DNA of 59,440 nucleotides, from positions 1 through 59,440 of the forward strand of contig JAVVEE010000005.1 in NCBI GenBank assembly GCA_032251315.1, read 5' to 3'. Each line of letters begins with the position of its first letter. Within the stretch, counting starts at the first letter, position 1. The notes beneath the pieces were generated by a model, which searched no databases, was not told where the DNA came from, and saw nothing but the letters and a program-made list of their open reading frames with translations. Position numbers and translations under genes: made by a program. Positions 30,090-39,837 of this stretch are shown piece after piece. This stretch comes from Gammaproteobacteria bacterium. GTDB lineage: Bacteria > Pseudomonadota > Gammaproteobacteria > SZUA-229.

Positions 30090-31453
30090 TAACCTGCCCT
30101 CTGTTTATTATTGTTATTATCCAGCCGTAATGCATGCACCACATTCTCCATCGCCATCGCGCGCGAGCCTTTCACCAGCACTACCGTCGAGGCATGGAGA
30201 TCTGCTCTCACCGCTTCAATTAATGCTTGTTGATCGGAATAAAATTCGCCGCCCTCACCAAACCCTTTCACTGCATGACGACTTGCTTCTCCCATGGCAA
30301 ACAGTTTTTTTACGCCCATCTGTTTAGCGTGCTGACCCGCCTCAAAATGCAGGGGCGCAGCCGACTCACCCAGCTCGGCCATATCGCCCAGTACCAGACA
30401 GTGTTCACCCGGAGTTTCAACTAAGACCTCGATAGCTGCCTTCAATGAAAGCGGGTTAGCGTTATAGGTGTCATCAATAATGCAGGCATCATTTCGTCCC
30501 TTATAAAAGTCGAGTCGGCCCGAGACGCTGGCAAATGACTGCAGGCCGGCGGCAATGCTTTCGGCCCTGATATTCAAAGCCAGTGCTATCGCCGTCGACG
30601 CCAGCGCATTCATCACATTATGACGCCCCGGCACATGCAGGGTAATGGCTATGTCAGCCGCTACGGTTTTGAAAATATAATTTGAACCATGCTGCGCTTC
30701 CGCATAAACATCCGCCTGCTGATCCTGCATGGAAAATGAAATAATTTTTTTACCCTGACACAGCTGCCGCCAGTAATCCGCGTAGTGGTCATCGGCATTA
30801 ATAATGGCCACGCCATCATCAGCCAGTCCGTCATAAATTTCTGCTTTGGCCCGAGCTACATTTTCCAGCGAACCAAAGCCTTCGAGGTGCGCCGGACCGG
30901 CATTGGTAATAACCGCCACATCCGGTCTGGCTATACGGCTCAGGTAATCAATTTCACCGACATGATTCGCCCCCATTTCAATCACCGCATACTCATGCGG
31001 TTCACGAATGTTTAATAAGGTCATCGGCATACCGATATCATTATTCAGGTTGCCCTGTGTCGACAGCACCCGCTCCTCGCCCACAGCGGCAAATAAAATT
31101 GCCCGGCACATCTCTTTCACCGTGGTTTTACCGTTGCTGCCGGTAATGCCCACCAGTTTGCCGTTAAAGCGACCGCGCCAGACAGCCGCCAGCCGGCCCA
31201 GTGCCAGGCGCGTATCTTCAACGCAAATCTGCGGCAATGTAAGGCTCTGTGGATCACTCACCAGGGCACCTGCGGCGCCAAGTTCCGCTGCCTGCTGCAG
31301 AAAATCGTGACCATCAAAATGCTCACCTTTCAGTGCCACATACAGATCATTTTCAGCCAGACTGCGTGTATCTTTGGAGACCGCCATAAACACGGCGTCT
31401 TCACCCTGTAGCTGCCCCCCTATTGCCATTGCCGCCTCAGATAATTTCATCAT
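30089..31453 (-). CDS. murF: UDP-MurNAc-tripeptide--D-alanyl-D-alanine ligase
   Basis: '[11 protein letters not shown]'. The start is placed at ATG 31453, which forms an ATGA overlap with the murE stop. The ORF-track start at 31471 would overlap murE by 22 nt. Confidence 0.92.
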   Translation of the reverse strand: MMKLSEAAMAIGGQLQGEDAVFMAVSKDTRSLAENDLYVALKGEHFDGHDFLQQAAELGAAGALVSDPQSLTLPQICVEDTRLALGRLAAVWRGRFNGKLVGITGSNGKTTVKEMCRAILFAAVGEERVLSTQGNLNNDIGMPMTLLNIREPHEYAVIEMGANHVGEIDYLSRIARPDVAVITNAGPAHLEGFGSLENVARAKAEIYDGLADDGVAIINADDHYADYWRQLCQGKKIISFSMQDQQADVYAEAQHGSNYIFKTVAADIAITLHVPGRHNVMNALASTAIALALNIRAESIAAGLQSFASVSGRLDFYKGRNDACIIDDTYNANPLSLKAAIEVLVETPGEHCLVLGDMAELGESAAPLHFEAGQHAKQMGVKKLFAMGEASRHAVKGFGEGGEFYSDQQALIEAVRADLHASTVVLVKGSRAMAMENVVHALRLDNNNNKQRAG

Positions 31454-33015
31454 GACGCTAACCCCAGGCACTCTTTTGCAACCTGCCGATCATCAAAGGC
31501 AATGGTTTTATCACCTATAATCTGTACGCTTTCGTGGCCTTTTCCGGCCAGCAGTACGACATTATTTTTTCGTGCCCGGCTTTTATCAGACGGCTCTTTT
31601 TCGGCCTGCGCAATCGCATAGGCAATCGCTTCACGGCGATCAGCAATTACTTCGACCCTGGTGGCGTCTTCAAAGCCGGCAACAATTTCAGTCAGGATAT
31701 CCTGTGGATTTTCACTGCGAGGATTGTCACTGGTGAGCACGACTTTATCGGCGTAGCTTTCCGCTACTCTGGCCATGAGCGGGCGCTTGCTACGATCGCG
31801 ATCGCCACCGCAACCAAAGACGCACCAGAAACGCCCGTCGAAGTGCTGCTTCACCGCTTCACAGGCCGCCTCCAGCGCTTTTGGGGTGTGCGCGAAATCC
31901 ACCACCACGGTGACGCCGTGGTCTGCTGTTATTAGTTCCATGCGACCCGGAACGGGTTTCAAAGCAGCCAGCTTTTTCACTGCCGCTTCCAGCGACAGAT
32001 CGTTAATCAGTAATGTTGCTAACACCGCCAGCACATTGGAAACATTAAACTGTCCCAGCAGCGCTATCTGTAATTCTGCATTGCCCTGCGGGGTTTTAAC
32101 CGTCATATCAAAACCGTGCGCAATGGCTTTCAACGCTGTCGCCTGCACCAGATGCTTGGCGTAATCAGGCCAGTCCTTAAGCTCAGGCTGCGTGCTATAG
32201 CCCCAGACCGTCAGATGCTCCTTGCATTCTCTGGCCAGACTGCGGCCATACTCGTCATCCAGATTGATCACGGCTGTTTTCAGTCCCGGCATGAAAAATA
32301 ATTTGCGTTTAACTTCGGCATAAGCGGCCATGGTTTCATGATAATCAAGATGTTCATGCGACAGATTGGTGAACACGGCAGTATCAAAGTGAACACTATT
32401 AACCCTGCCCTGATCCAGACCGTGTGACGATACTTCCATCACCACATGCGACGCGCCGTTGGCACGCAATATCTCGAGATCGCGATGCACCGATAAAACA
32501 TCGGCAGTGGTCAGGCCTGTGGTCGTCAAGTCATCGAGAAAGCCGTTGCCCAATGTGCCTAGCACACCACAACGGGCGTTTTCTGCATCCATACACTGCG
32601 CGATAAAATGCGCAATCGAGGTTTTTCCATTGGTGCCTGTTACCCCGATTACATTAATCTGCGCGGAAGGGTGCCGATAAAAACGATCAGCTATCTCTCC
32701 CATTTTCATCCGCAAATTTTCACAATGCAGACTAGTTATGTGTTGCGATATTTTGCTGACGATCTCTTCGCAGTTCTGACATTCATCCCAGAGCACTGCA
32801 ACCGCGCCGTTTTTTATCGCCTTATCGGCAAACATCAGGCCATGCGCCAGCTCACCCTGACAGGCAAAAAACAGATTATTTTTTTTCGCCTTGCGACTAT
32901 CCATGGTCAGACCGCTTATCTCTATATCACCGCAGCCGAGCAATAGCTCGGGGGCTACAAAATCAGCTAGCAGGGTGTTTAGCGGCATTGGTGCCCGGGC
33001 GCTATAATTCATCAT
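31450..33015 (-). CDS. murE: UDP-MurNAc-L-Ala-D-Glu--2,6-diaminopimelate ligase
   Basis: 'GVTGTNGKTS' and a DNPR motif ('LTSDNPRSE'). The start is placed at ATG 33015 ('MMNYSA...'), which overlaps the ftsI TGA by 1 nt. The ORF-track N-terminal extension lies inside ftsI. Confidence 0.92.
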   Translation of the reverse strand: MMNYSARAPMPLNTLLADFVAPELLLGCGDIEISGLTMDSRKAKKNNLFFACQGELAHGLMFADKAIKNGAVAVLWDECQNCEEIVSKISQHITSLHCENLRMKMGEIADRFYRHPSAQINVIGVTGTNGKTSIAHFIAQCMDAENARCGVLGTLGNGFLDDLTTTGLTTADVLSVHRDLEILRANGASHVVMEVSSHGLDQGRVNSVHFDTAVFTNLSHEHLDYHETMAAYAEVKRKLFFMPGLKTAVINLDDEYGRSLARECKEHLTVWGYSTQPELKDWPDYAKHLVQATALKAIAHGFDMTVKTPQGNAELQIALLGQFNVSNVLAVLATLLINDLSLEAAVKKLAALKPVPGRMELITADHGVTVVVDFAHTPKALEAACEAVKQHFDGRFWCVFGCGGDRDRSKRPLMARVAESYADKVVLTSDNPRSENPQDILTEIVAGFEDATRVEVIADRREAIAYAIAQAEKEPSDKSRARKNNVVLLAGKGHESVQIIGDKTIAFDDRQVAKECLGLAS

Positions 33016-34766
33016 CAGGCGGCCCCGCCTTTGCTGGATGCCTGCTGCAACTTTATCTCCGGCTTCATGACCCACTGTTTGTCCTCAACCCGATCCGGCG
33101 CGATATCCAGCAGGCGCATCGCCCCTTCCATCACCTGGCTGAAAACCGGCGCGGCAACTTCACCACCAAAATGCTCACCGTTGCGGGGCTCATCAATCAT
33201 CACCACCATCACCAGCTCAGGCGCATCGGCGGGAATGATTCCGGCAAAAATCGACAGGTAACGCTCTTCAGCATAACCACCGGCGATAAATTTATGCACG
33301 GTGCCGGTCTTTCCCGCCACGCTGTAATTTGCCACCCGGGCACGGCGGCCGGTGCCATCTGCACTGACCACGGTCTGCATCATTTTGCGTACAGTTTGCG
33401 CTGTTTTCGCGCGCATGATTCGCACGCCTTCAACTTCGTTCTGCTGATGCAAAAAACTCACCGGTCTGAGCACACCATCAGCGGCCAGCGCGGCATAGGC
33501 ACGCGCCAGTTGCAGGGGCGTCACTGACACGCCATAGCCAAAGGCCATGGTGGCTCTGGCAAAATCACTGTTCAAGGCGCTGGTCGATAAACGCCCTACC
33601 GCTTCACCAGGGAAGCCACTACCGGTACCTGCACCCAGACCCAGCTTTTGATACATACCCCATTGCTCATCCGCATCAATCGCTAAAACAATTTTGCTCA
33701 TGCCCACGTTGCTTGATTTGGTGATCACGCCACTGACATCCAGGTCACCGTAATTGCGGGTATCGCGAATCATGTTGCCCTGCACTTTCATATAGCCCGG
33801 CGCTGTCTCTATCTTCGTCGTTGCATTCCAGACACCGCTCTCCAGCGCTGCGGCAATGCTCAGCGGTTTCATGGTTGAACCCGGTTCGAACACATCCGTC
33901 ACCGAACGATTTCGTGTTGCCTCGGGTCTCAGTTGGCTACGATCATTCACATTAAAAGAGGGCTGGCTCACCATCGCCAGCACTTCACCGGTTTTCGCAT
34001 CCAGCACCACCGCTGAACCGGCAATGGCATTGTGTTTAATCACTGCGGCCTTCAGCGTCCGGTAGGTCAGGTACTGCAAGCGCCGATCAAGACTCAGCAC
34101 CACCGGCTTGCCCGGCTCCACCGAACGCAGGTGCTCGACGTCGTCAAACGCCCGACCCAGACGATCACGAATCACTCTTTTACTGCCCGGCTCACCTTTC
34201 AGCCAGTCATTGAACGCCAGCTCAATGCCTTCCTGACCGTTGTCATCGACATTGGAAAATCCAATCACGTGCGCTGCCACTTCACCGGTGGGATAATAAC
34301 GACGGTACTCATCCTGCAAGGCGATGCCGGGGATGCCCAGACTCATCACTTTTTCCGCTAACTCCGGCGAGACCCGGCGCTTCAAATACATAAACTCACG
34401 TCCCTGCTGAGCCAGAATTTTTTTCTTCAGGCTCGGTGCGTCCATCGATAAAACTTTTGCCAGTTCGGGCACGCGATGCATCGACGCTGTCATCTCCCCG
34501 GGATTCAGCCAGATACTGTTTACCGGGGTGCTCACCGCAAAAGGCTCGCCATTTCTGTCGACAATTTGTCCCCGGTGCGCAGGAATGGAGACCACGCGTA
34601 ACTGCCGGGCATCGCCCTGACGTTGAAAGAATTCACTGTGCAATATCTGCATATCCAGGGCACGCGCCAGCAGCACGATCACCGCCATTAAAAAAACCAA
34701 TAGCAATGAAACCCGACGCCAGGGCATCAGGGGTTTTCCTACAACTTTCATGCTATCGAGTATCAT
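33015..34766 (-). CDS. ftsI: Peptidoglycan D,D-transpeptidase FtsI (PBP3)
   Basis: 583 aa with an N-terminal TM segment and the motifs 'STMKP', 'SSN' and 'KTGT'. Confidence 0.95.
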   Translation of the reverse strand: MILDSMKVVGKPLMPWRRVSLLLVFLMAVIVLLARALDMQILHSEFFQRQGDARQLRVVSIPAHRGQIVDRNGEPFAVSTPVNSIWLNPGEMTASMHRVPELAKVLSMDAPSLKKKILAQQGREFMYLKRRVSPELAEKVMSLGIPGIALQDEYRRYYPTGEVAAHVIGFSNVDDNGQEGIELAFNDWLKGEPGSKRVIRDRLGRAFDDVEHLRSVEPGKPVVLSLDRRLQYLTYRTLKAAVIKHNAIAGSAVVLDAKTGEVLAMVSQPSFNVNDRSQLRPEATRNRSVTDVFEPGSTMKPLSIAAALESGVWNATTKIETAPGYMKVQGNMIRDTRNYGDLDVSGVITKSSNVGMSKIVLAIDADEQWGMYQKLGLGAGTGSGFPGEAVGRLSTSALNSDFARATMAFGYGVSVTPLQLARAYAALAADGVLRPVSFLHQQNEVEGVRIMRAKTAQTVRKMMQTVVSADGTGRRARVANYSVAGKTGTVHKFIAGGYAEERYLSIFAGIIPADAPELVMVVMIDEPRNGEHFGGEVAAPVFSQVMEGAMRLLDIAPDRVEDKQWVMKPEIKLQQASSKGGAA

Positions 34767-35041
34767 GGCTTGATAAAAACAACTTCCTCTGCATTCGGCA
34801 TTACCATAGACAAACGTTCACGCGCCACCTGTTCGATGCGACCGTGACCTGACCAGGTGCTCTGCTCCAGCTGCAACTGTCCCCACTCTGTATTTAATTC
34901 ATTCACCTGATGCTTCAGTTCCTGCAACTCAACAAATAATTTTCGACTTTGATGCTTGCTGTAGACCAGCGTAATCGCCGAACTCAGCACCATCAAAAAC
35001 ACCAGCGCCATGGCCAGAAACAGTCGTTGCGGTGCGCTCAT
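34763..35041 (-). CDS. ftsL: Cell division protein FtsL
   Basis: 92 aa with a single TM segment and a leucine-zipper-like region. It sits between rsmH and ftsI with 4-nt overlaps on both sides. Confidence 0.85.
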   Translation of the reverse strand: MSAPQRLFLAMALVFLMVLSSAITLVYSKHQSRKLFVELQELKHQVNELNTEWGQLQLEQSTWSGHGRIEQVARERLSMVMPNAEEVVFIKP

Positions 35042-35973
35042 CGCAGACGCTCCAGCACGCGCAGACGCGCACTTCTTGCTCTCGGGTTTTGTGACAGCTC
35101 CCCGGCACTCGCCACGCCTGATTTGCCGACCAGTCGGTAGGGCGGCACTTCATCTTTTTCCATAATGGGTAGCCCCGGCGGAAATTTCGGGCGACTGGAT
35201 ATATCACGCATATAGCGCTTCACCATGCGATCTTCCAGTGAGTGAAAACTGATGACCGCCAGCCGGCCGCCGATGACCAGCATTGAGGCGGCCGCCTGCA
35301 AACCGCTTTCAATCGACGGCAGCTCCTGATTGATAAACATCCGAATCGCCTGAAAACTTCGCGTTGCCGGATGTTTGTGTTTCTCCTTCACAGGAATTGC
35401 GTCTGAAATAATGCTCGCCAGCGTCGCGGTGTCCTCAATGGCGTGCTCAGCCCTGGTCTCTATGATGGCGGTGGCAATGCGTTTGGCGAACTTCTCCTCG
35501 CCGTAACGTTTTAACACCAGAATCAAATCGCGCGCCTCGACTCTGGCCAGCCATTCCATTGCAGACTCGCCCTGCTCGGTATTCATGCGCATATCCAGTG
35601 GCCCCGACCTGAGAAAGCTGAAGCCGCGTTCCGCGTCGTCCAGCTGCGGTGATGACACTCCCAGGTCCATCAACACGCCATCGATACACTTATCCAGGCC
35701 ACGTTCTATAATGACAGCCCCCATTTCACTGAAGTTGCAATGCTCAAATTCAATACGCGGATCACTCGCAAACTGTTCGCGCCCGTAGGCGATGGCCTGT
35801 GGATCCTGATCGAAAGCGATCAAACGTCCCTCTCGACCCAATCTCTTCAATATGGCACTGGCGTGTCCACCGCGTCCAAAGGTGGCATCAACATAAATGC
35901 CGGCGGGTTTGATATTCAGCGCCTCCAGTGCTTCGTTGAGGAGCACCGGCTGATGATTAAAATCGTGCTCCAT
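35038..35973 (-). CDS. rsmH: 16S rRNA (cytosine1402-N4)-methyltransferase
   Basis: 'HQPVLLNEALEAL', 'YVDATFGRGGHA' and 'DLGVSSPQLD'. Confidence 0.95.
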   Translation of the reverse strand: MEHDFNHQPVLLNEALEALNIKPAGIYVDATFGRGGHASAILKRLGREGRLIAFDQDPQAIAYGREQFASDPRIEFEHCNFSEMGAVIIERGLDKCIDGVLMDLGVSSPQLDDAERGFSFLRSGPLDMRMNTEQGESAMEWLARVEARDLILVLKRYGEEKFAKRIATAIIETRAEHAIEDTATLASIISDAIPVKEKHKHPATRSFQAIRMFINQELPSIESGLQAAASMLVIGGRLAVISFHSLEDRMVKRYMRDISSRPKFPPGLPIMEKDEVPPYRLVGKSGVASAGELSQNPRARSARLRVLERLR

Positions 35974-36431
35974 TAAAGTGACAGCTCTTGCAGCGCAGCC
36001 GGCAGCTCACCCTCATCGTCCTGCACACTGTCCAGCAGAGCCCCCTGACTATCATTCCAGGCACCTTCATCCCAGATCTCAAATTTTTTCCCCTGACCGA
36101 TAATGACAATTTTCTTGTCCAGGCCGGCATATTCACGCAACAGCGTCGGTAACAGGATGCGGCCCTGGCCATCCATTTCACATTCGGTGGCATGACCAAT
36201 CAAGAGACGCTGCATTGATTTCACCCGTCTATTCAGACTGGGTAGATTGACCAGCTTGTTTTCGATGACTTCCCATTCGGGCAGGGGATAAACCAGCAGG
36301 CAGGCATCGGGGTCGACGGTAACCACCAGGCGGCCACCACAAATCTCAAGCAGGCGCTCGCGATAACGCGAAGGCATCGCCATGCGGCCCTTCGTATCCA
36401 GCGCAAGATTGTTAATTCCCCGAAAGCTCAT
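35973..36431 (-). CDS. mraZ: Transcriptional regulator MraZ
   Basis: 152 aa starting 'MSFRGINNLALDTKGRMAMPSRYR', with two SpoVT/AbrB-like halves. It is the first gene of the dcw cluster. Confidence 0.95.
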   Translation of the reverse strand: MSFRGINNLALDTKGRMAMPSRYRERLLEICGGRLVVTVDPDACLLVYPLPEWEVIENKLVNLPSLNRRVKSMQRLLIGHATECEMDGQGRILLPTLLREYAGLDKKIVIIGQGKKFEIWDEGAWNDSQGALLDSVQDDEGELPAALQELSL

Positions 36432-36440
36432 CGATGCTTA

Positions 36441-36465
36441 CCCACTTTTCCCCACATTTCCCCAC
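36441..36465 (-). promoter_or_regulatory. Candidate MraZ operator: three GTGGG direct repeats at exact 10-bp spacing
   Basis: The plus strand has CCCAC at 36441, 36451 and 36461. The minus strand reads TGTGGGGAAA-TGTGGGGAAA-AGTGGGTAAG. The repeats lie between the candidate -10 element and the mraZ ATG. Confidence 0.7.
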
Positions 36466-36473
36466 ATAGCGAC

Positions 36474-36503
36474 ACTATAGGAAGGAAACAAGGGTCATGT
36501 CAA
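36474..36503 (-). promoter_or_regulatory. Sigma70 promoter of the mraZ/dcw operon (Pmra)
   Basis: On the minus strand: TTGACA (36503-36498), an 18-nt spacer, then TATAGT (36479-36474). Confidence 0.65.
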
Positions 36504-36661
36504 GCATTTTCAGGGCTTCAAAATAACAAAAAATACCTTATGCGACAGGAGGTTAGCTAAAATTTGGAATGTTCATTCTCGGACAAAAAAACAGGCGCTA
36601 TCAAATCATCAGCTTGGCGATCAAAGCTAATATTTTACTTTAAGTATGGCTCGAAAGAGAG

Positions 36662-36682
36662 CCCTTGAGGAAATTTCAAGGG
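36662..36682 (-). terminator. Hairpin downstream of rnpB
   Basis: On the minus strand: CCCTTGA-AATTTCC-TCAAGGG, 7-bp stem. It begins ~12 nt after the predicted rnpB 3' end and is followed by CTCTCTTTC. Confidence 0.5.
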
Positions 36683-36693
36683 ATAAAAAATAA

Positions 36694-37070
36694 GGGGGAG
36701 TTGGCCGATAAGCCGGGTTCTGTCGTAGCTCAAAGAGCCGGGGCAGTCATTCATCTAGGGCATGCGTCACCGCATACCTCAAGCAACCTACCCGGGAACA
36801 GCGCGGACCACGCATTATGTTCCCCTATTTGGTCTTGCTCCGAGTGGGGTTTACCCTGCCATGCCTGTTGCCAGACATGCGGTGCGCTCTTACCGCACCA
36901 TTTCACCCTTACCGGTTAAGCCGAAGCTCAACCGGCGGTATATTTTCTGTGGCACTTTCCGTAGGCTTGCGCCCCCCAGGCGTTACCTGGCACTCTGTCC
37001 TGCGGAGCCCGGACTTTCCTCGATGCGCATATCAATGATATGAGCAGCGCGACTGCCTTGGCCAACTCCC
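36694..37070 (-). ncRNA. rnpB: RNase P RNA (bacterial type A)
   Basis: The reverse complement carries the universally conserved 'GAGGAAAGTCCGGGCTCC', 'ACAGAACCCGGCTTATCGG', 'GGTAAGGGTGAAA' and 'GGTGCGGTAAGAGCGCACC'. The P1 stem pairs GGGAGTTGGCC (5') with GGCCAACTCCC (3'). The plus-strand ORFs at 36665-37043 are artefacts of this RNA gene. End positions are accurate to within a few nt. Confidence 0.95.
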
Positions 37071-37074
37071 GACG

Positions 37075-37572
37075 CTAATATAACAGGGTATGCACATCAA
37101 CGTCACCATCGGAACGTCTAAATAGGCGACCAAACGCCTTATTTAATGAATGCTGTCGTGGCAAAAACTGAAAAACACTTCGTTTTCGACTGTCCAGTAA
37201 AGCCGCCGCCCGTTGCAGGCGCTCATTGTCAGGTTCAATTTTACAGCCACGGTGTATAGCATCAATGGCACGTTTACGATTATTGCAATACCATTCAGCG
37301 CAGGCCAGATTCAGGAACACGATACCATCCAGCACTTCACTGCCCGCCGCATCACGACAGATCAGCAGGCCATTGCGGTTCGAAATTAACACCTGCGCCA
37401 AACCCACATACGAAGCCACCTTATTGTAATGCGCATCGTGCTCATCCAGATCCTTCAGTACCGCTTCAAAATCACGCGCGGCTGCCTTATAATCCCCATC
37501 TTCCAATGCTTTCAAGCCTTTTTCAAACATTTCGCTATTCATATCATCACCCTGAATCGACTTCATCTCCAA
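37075..37572 (-). CDS. Hypothetical helical-repeat (TPR-like) protein
   Basis: 165-aa ORF with balanced composition and TPR-like segments ('FEKGLKALEDGDYKAAARDFEAVL'). I recognise no specific family. Confidence 0.5.
   Translation of the reverse strand: MEMKSIQGDDMNSEMFEKGLKALEDGDYKAAARDFEAVLKDLDEHDAHYNKVASYVGLAQVLISNRNGLLICRDAAGSEVLDGIVFLNLACAEWYCNNRKRAIDAIHRGCKIEPDNERLQRAAALLDSRKRSVFQFLPRQHSLNKAFGRLFRRSDGDVDVHTLLY
37077..37106 (-). promoter_or_regulatory. Candidate rnpB promoter
   Basis: On the minus strand: GTGACG (37106-37101), an 18-nt spacer, then TATATT (37082-37077). This places a start at G 37070, the first base of the P1 stem. The promoter lies inside the last codons of the upstream ORF. 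Confidence 0.4.
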
Positions 37573-37697
37573 TTCATATGCTTAAGAATATACCATAATA
37601 AATACAGGTTTATAGCTGGAAAAAGACCGCTTAAATTAGCAATAAACCCACAACTGACATAAGCTAACATCCACCTTATTTTCTGAGATACACTTTC

Positions 37698-38588
37698 ATG
37701 CCCTGGTTGCAGATTTCCGTACATACCACCCAAAATCATGCCGAGCAGGTGGAAGCTGTGCTGCTACAGAATGGTGCCTGCTCGATAACGCTCAACGATG
37801 CAGCAGACGAGCCCATTCTTGAACCTGCGCCCGGGGAAACGCCTATCTGGCAAAATATTATCGCCACCGGCATGTTCGATAATACAGAAGATCGACCACG
37901 ACTTCTGGCGAATATCGAAACCGCACTTCAGCACAGTGACTACCGCATTACCAGTGAATTACTGGAAGACCAGAACTGGACCCGCAGCTGGATGGACGAC
38001 TACCACGCCATGCAGTTCGGCGAACGCTTATGGATATGCCCCTGGCATATCGACCCACCTGAACCCGACGCCACTAATCTCAGGCTCGACCCGGGGCTGG
38101 CTTTTGGCACCGGCACCCACCCCACCACCTCGCTGTGCCTGAGCTGGCTCGACCAGCATATCCAGCAACAACAAAGCCTGCTCGACTTCGGCTGCGGTTC
38201 CGGCATTCTGGCCATCGCGGCATTATTACTGGGACTGGAACATGCTGATGGTGTGGATATCGATCCGCAGGCGCTGGAAGCCAGCCTGGCAAACGCCAAA
38301 GCCAATCAGGTGGAAGAACGCCTGGATTTGTTCAGTACCGAGCAATTTTCCGCCGAGCGTTCTCAGCAGCAATATGACATCGTCGTCGCCAACATTTTAA
38401 GCGGGCCACTGGTTGAGCTTGCGCCCATGCTGGCCCGGCACACCCGCGCTGGCGGCAACATTGTGCTTTCCGGGATACTGGCCGAACAGGCTGACAGCGT
38501 GATCAATGCCTACGCGCCCTTCTTCAAGATGGATGCGCCCACTTTCATGGAAGACTGGGTGCTATTACACGGTTGCAGACCGGGTTAA
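37698..38588 (+). CDS. prmA: Ribosomal protein L11 methyltransferase
   Basis: The N-terminus 'MPWLQISV...' is followed by 'PGLAFGTGTHPTT' and the SAM motif 'LDFGCGSGILAI'. Confidence 0.92.
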   Translation: MPWLQISVHTTQNHAEQVEAVLLQNGACSITLNDAADEPILEPAPGETPIWQNIIATGMFDNTEDRPRLLANIETALQHSDYRITSELLEDQNWTRSWMDDYHAMQFGERLWICPWHIDPPEPDATNLRLDPGLAFGTGTHPTTSLCLSWLDQHIQQQQSLLDFGCGSGILAIAALLLGLEHADGVDIDPQALEASLANAKANQVEERLDLFSTEQFSAERSQQQYDIVVANILSGPLVELAPMLARHTRAGGNIVLSGILAEQADSVINAYAPFFKMDAPTFMEDWVLLHGCRPG

Positions 38589-38609
38589 TTCCCTGCATCA
38601 TATATCACC

Positions 38610-39764
38610 ATGCAAACCATATGCCCATATTGCCAGACCGTTTTCAAAGTTTTAGATGAACAGCTGAGTCTTGCCGACGGTTATGTGCGCTGCGGTATAT
38701 GCAAGGAGGTTTTTAATGCCCTGGAAAAGCCTACGGCAGAAGCTGAGAAAGATTCCTCTGTCGACAGCGCAATAGCGGACAAGACCAATACCCAAAACAC
38801 TGTCGCCGCCGGTGACAGCAACCCCACCGAACCGGCGGCGCACCCAACCACTGCCCTCCCGGATTCCGAAAAACACCCTGAACCACCCGGCGACTCAGCG
38901 CCGACCAGCCCGACAGCAGCAGAGCCGGCAAAGGAAATCACCGCCGCTGTGGTCGATAGCGCTCAGGCTGACCTGTTTTCTGAAGCTTCGCCACAGACGG
39001 AAACGCACTCACCCGCCCTCAGCGTTGAAATATCAGCGCTGGAGGCTATCGAGCCAGATACCGTGGCAGTAACGCCTGTCAGTAACCCGGACGACATCCA
39101 GGCCGGGACCGAGACGCCCACCGCTTTATCGACAGCGAGCTCTAAGAGCACCCCGGAGCCGACCGAGAAAACAGAAGTCACCCCCACCAGTGTTTCTGAC
39201 AACGAAACTGAAGAGACTGATCTGTTTGACGGGGTGCAGAGCAAGCTCATCCCCGATGAGTACCGTATTCCTGAGCTGCACAATACCACTTCGCTCTGGC
39301 GTGACATTGCCTGGAGCCTGGCCATTCTGGCGTTTACCGCCACCCTGTTCGCCGAATATATCTGGTTCAACCGCAACGAGTTAATCAGTGATCCCCAGCT
39401 GCGCCCGCTGGTCACGCAGTTCTGCGCAGTGGCCAACTGCGACACCATGAACTTACGTGAGCCGGCTAAAGTCGAAATGACCACGCGTAACATATACAGC
39501 CACCCCAATGTCAAAAATGCGCTGATGATCTCGGGCACGCTGGTCAATCATGCCCACTTCGAACAGCCTTATCCGGATATGCTGGTCGACTTTTCTGATG
39601 TGCGCGGCGAAGTCATCGCTTCGCGCATTTTCACTCCCGAACACTACATGCAAATCAAGCTCGACAGCCTGAAGCTTATGCCGCCGGGAATGCCTGTAGA
39701 CTTCAACATGGAAATACAGGATCCCGGCAACGATGCCATGACCTACGAGTTCAGCTTCCTGTAA
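38610..39764 (+). CDS. Zinc-ribbon (MJ0042-type) / DUF3426 membrane protein
   Basis: N-terminal 'CPYCQTVF...CGICKEVF'. A ~175-aa P/T/A/E-rich low-complexity linker follows, then one TM segment ('IAWSLAILAFTATLFAEYIWF') and a C-terminal beta-rich domain. It sits in the conserved position between prmA and dusB. Confidence 0.7.
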   Translation: MQTICPYCQTVFKVLDEQLSLADGYVRCGICKEVFNALEKPTAEAEKDSSVDSAIADKTNTQNTVAAGDSNPTEPAAHPTTALPDSEKHPEPPGDSAPTSPTAAEPAKEITAAVVDSAQADLFSEASPQTETHSPALSVEISALEAIEPDTVAVTPVSNPDDIQAGTETPTALSTASSKSTPEPTEKTEVTPTSVSDNETEETDLFDGVQSKLIPDEYRIPELHNTTSLWRDIAWSLAILAFTATLFAEYIWFNRNELISDPQLRPLVTQFCAVANCDTMNLREPAKVEMTTRNIYSHPNVKNALMISGTLVNHAHFEQPYPDMLVDFSDVRGEVIASRIFTPEHYMQIKLDSLKLMPPGMPVDFNMEIQDPGNDAMTYEFSFL

Positions 39765-39837
39765 GCTTCACAACCCGGCATCATCTGTCGGCTTTTAATT
39801 CCTAAAAAGCGGCCCTTCTGGCAAAATCCTGCACCTT

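Noticed and set aside
33016-33075. 20-codon N-terminal extension of murE. The analogous 6-codon extension of murF is at 31454-31471.
   Set aside because: Both extensions lie inside the upstream gene. Internal ATGs give the stop/start overlaps typical of this cluster (ATGA for murE/murF, TGATG for ftsI/murE).
36665-37043. Three overlapping plus-strand ORFs of 73-93 aa (36665-36919, 36762-37043, 36817-37038).
   Set aside because: They lie within the minus-strand RNase P RNA gene, whose conserved motifs and P1 pairing account for the whole interval.
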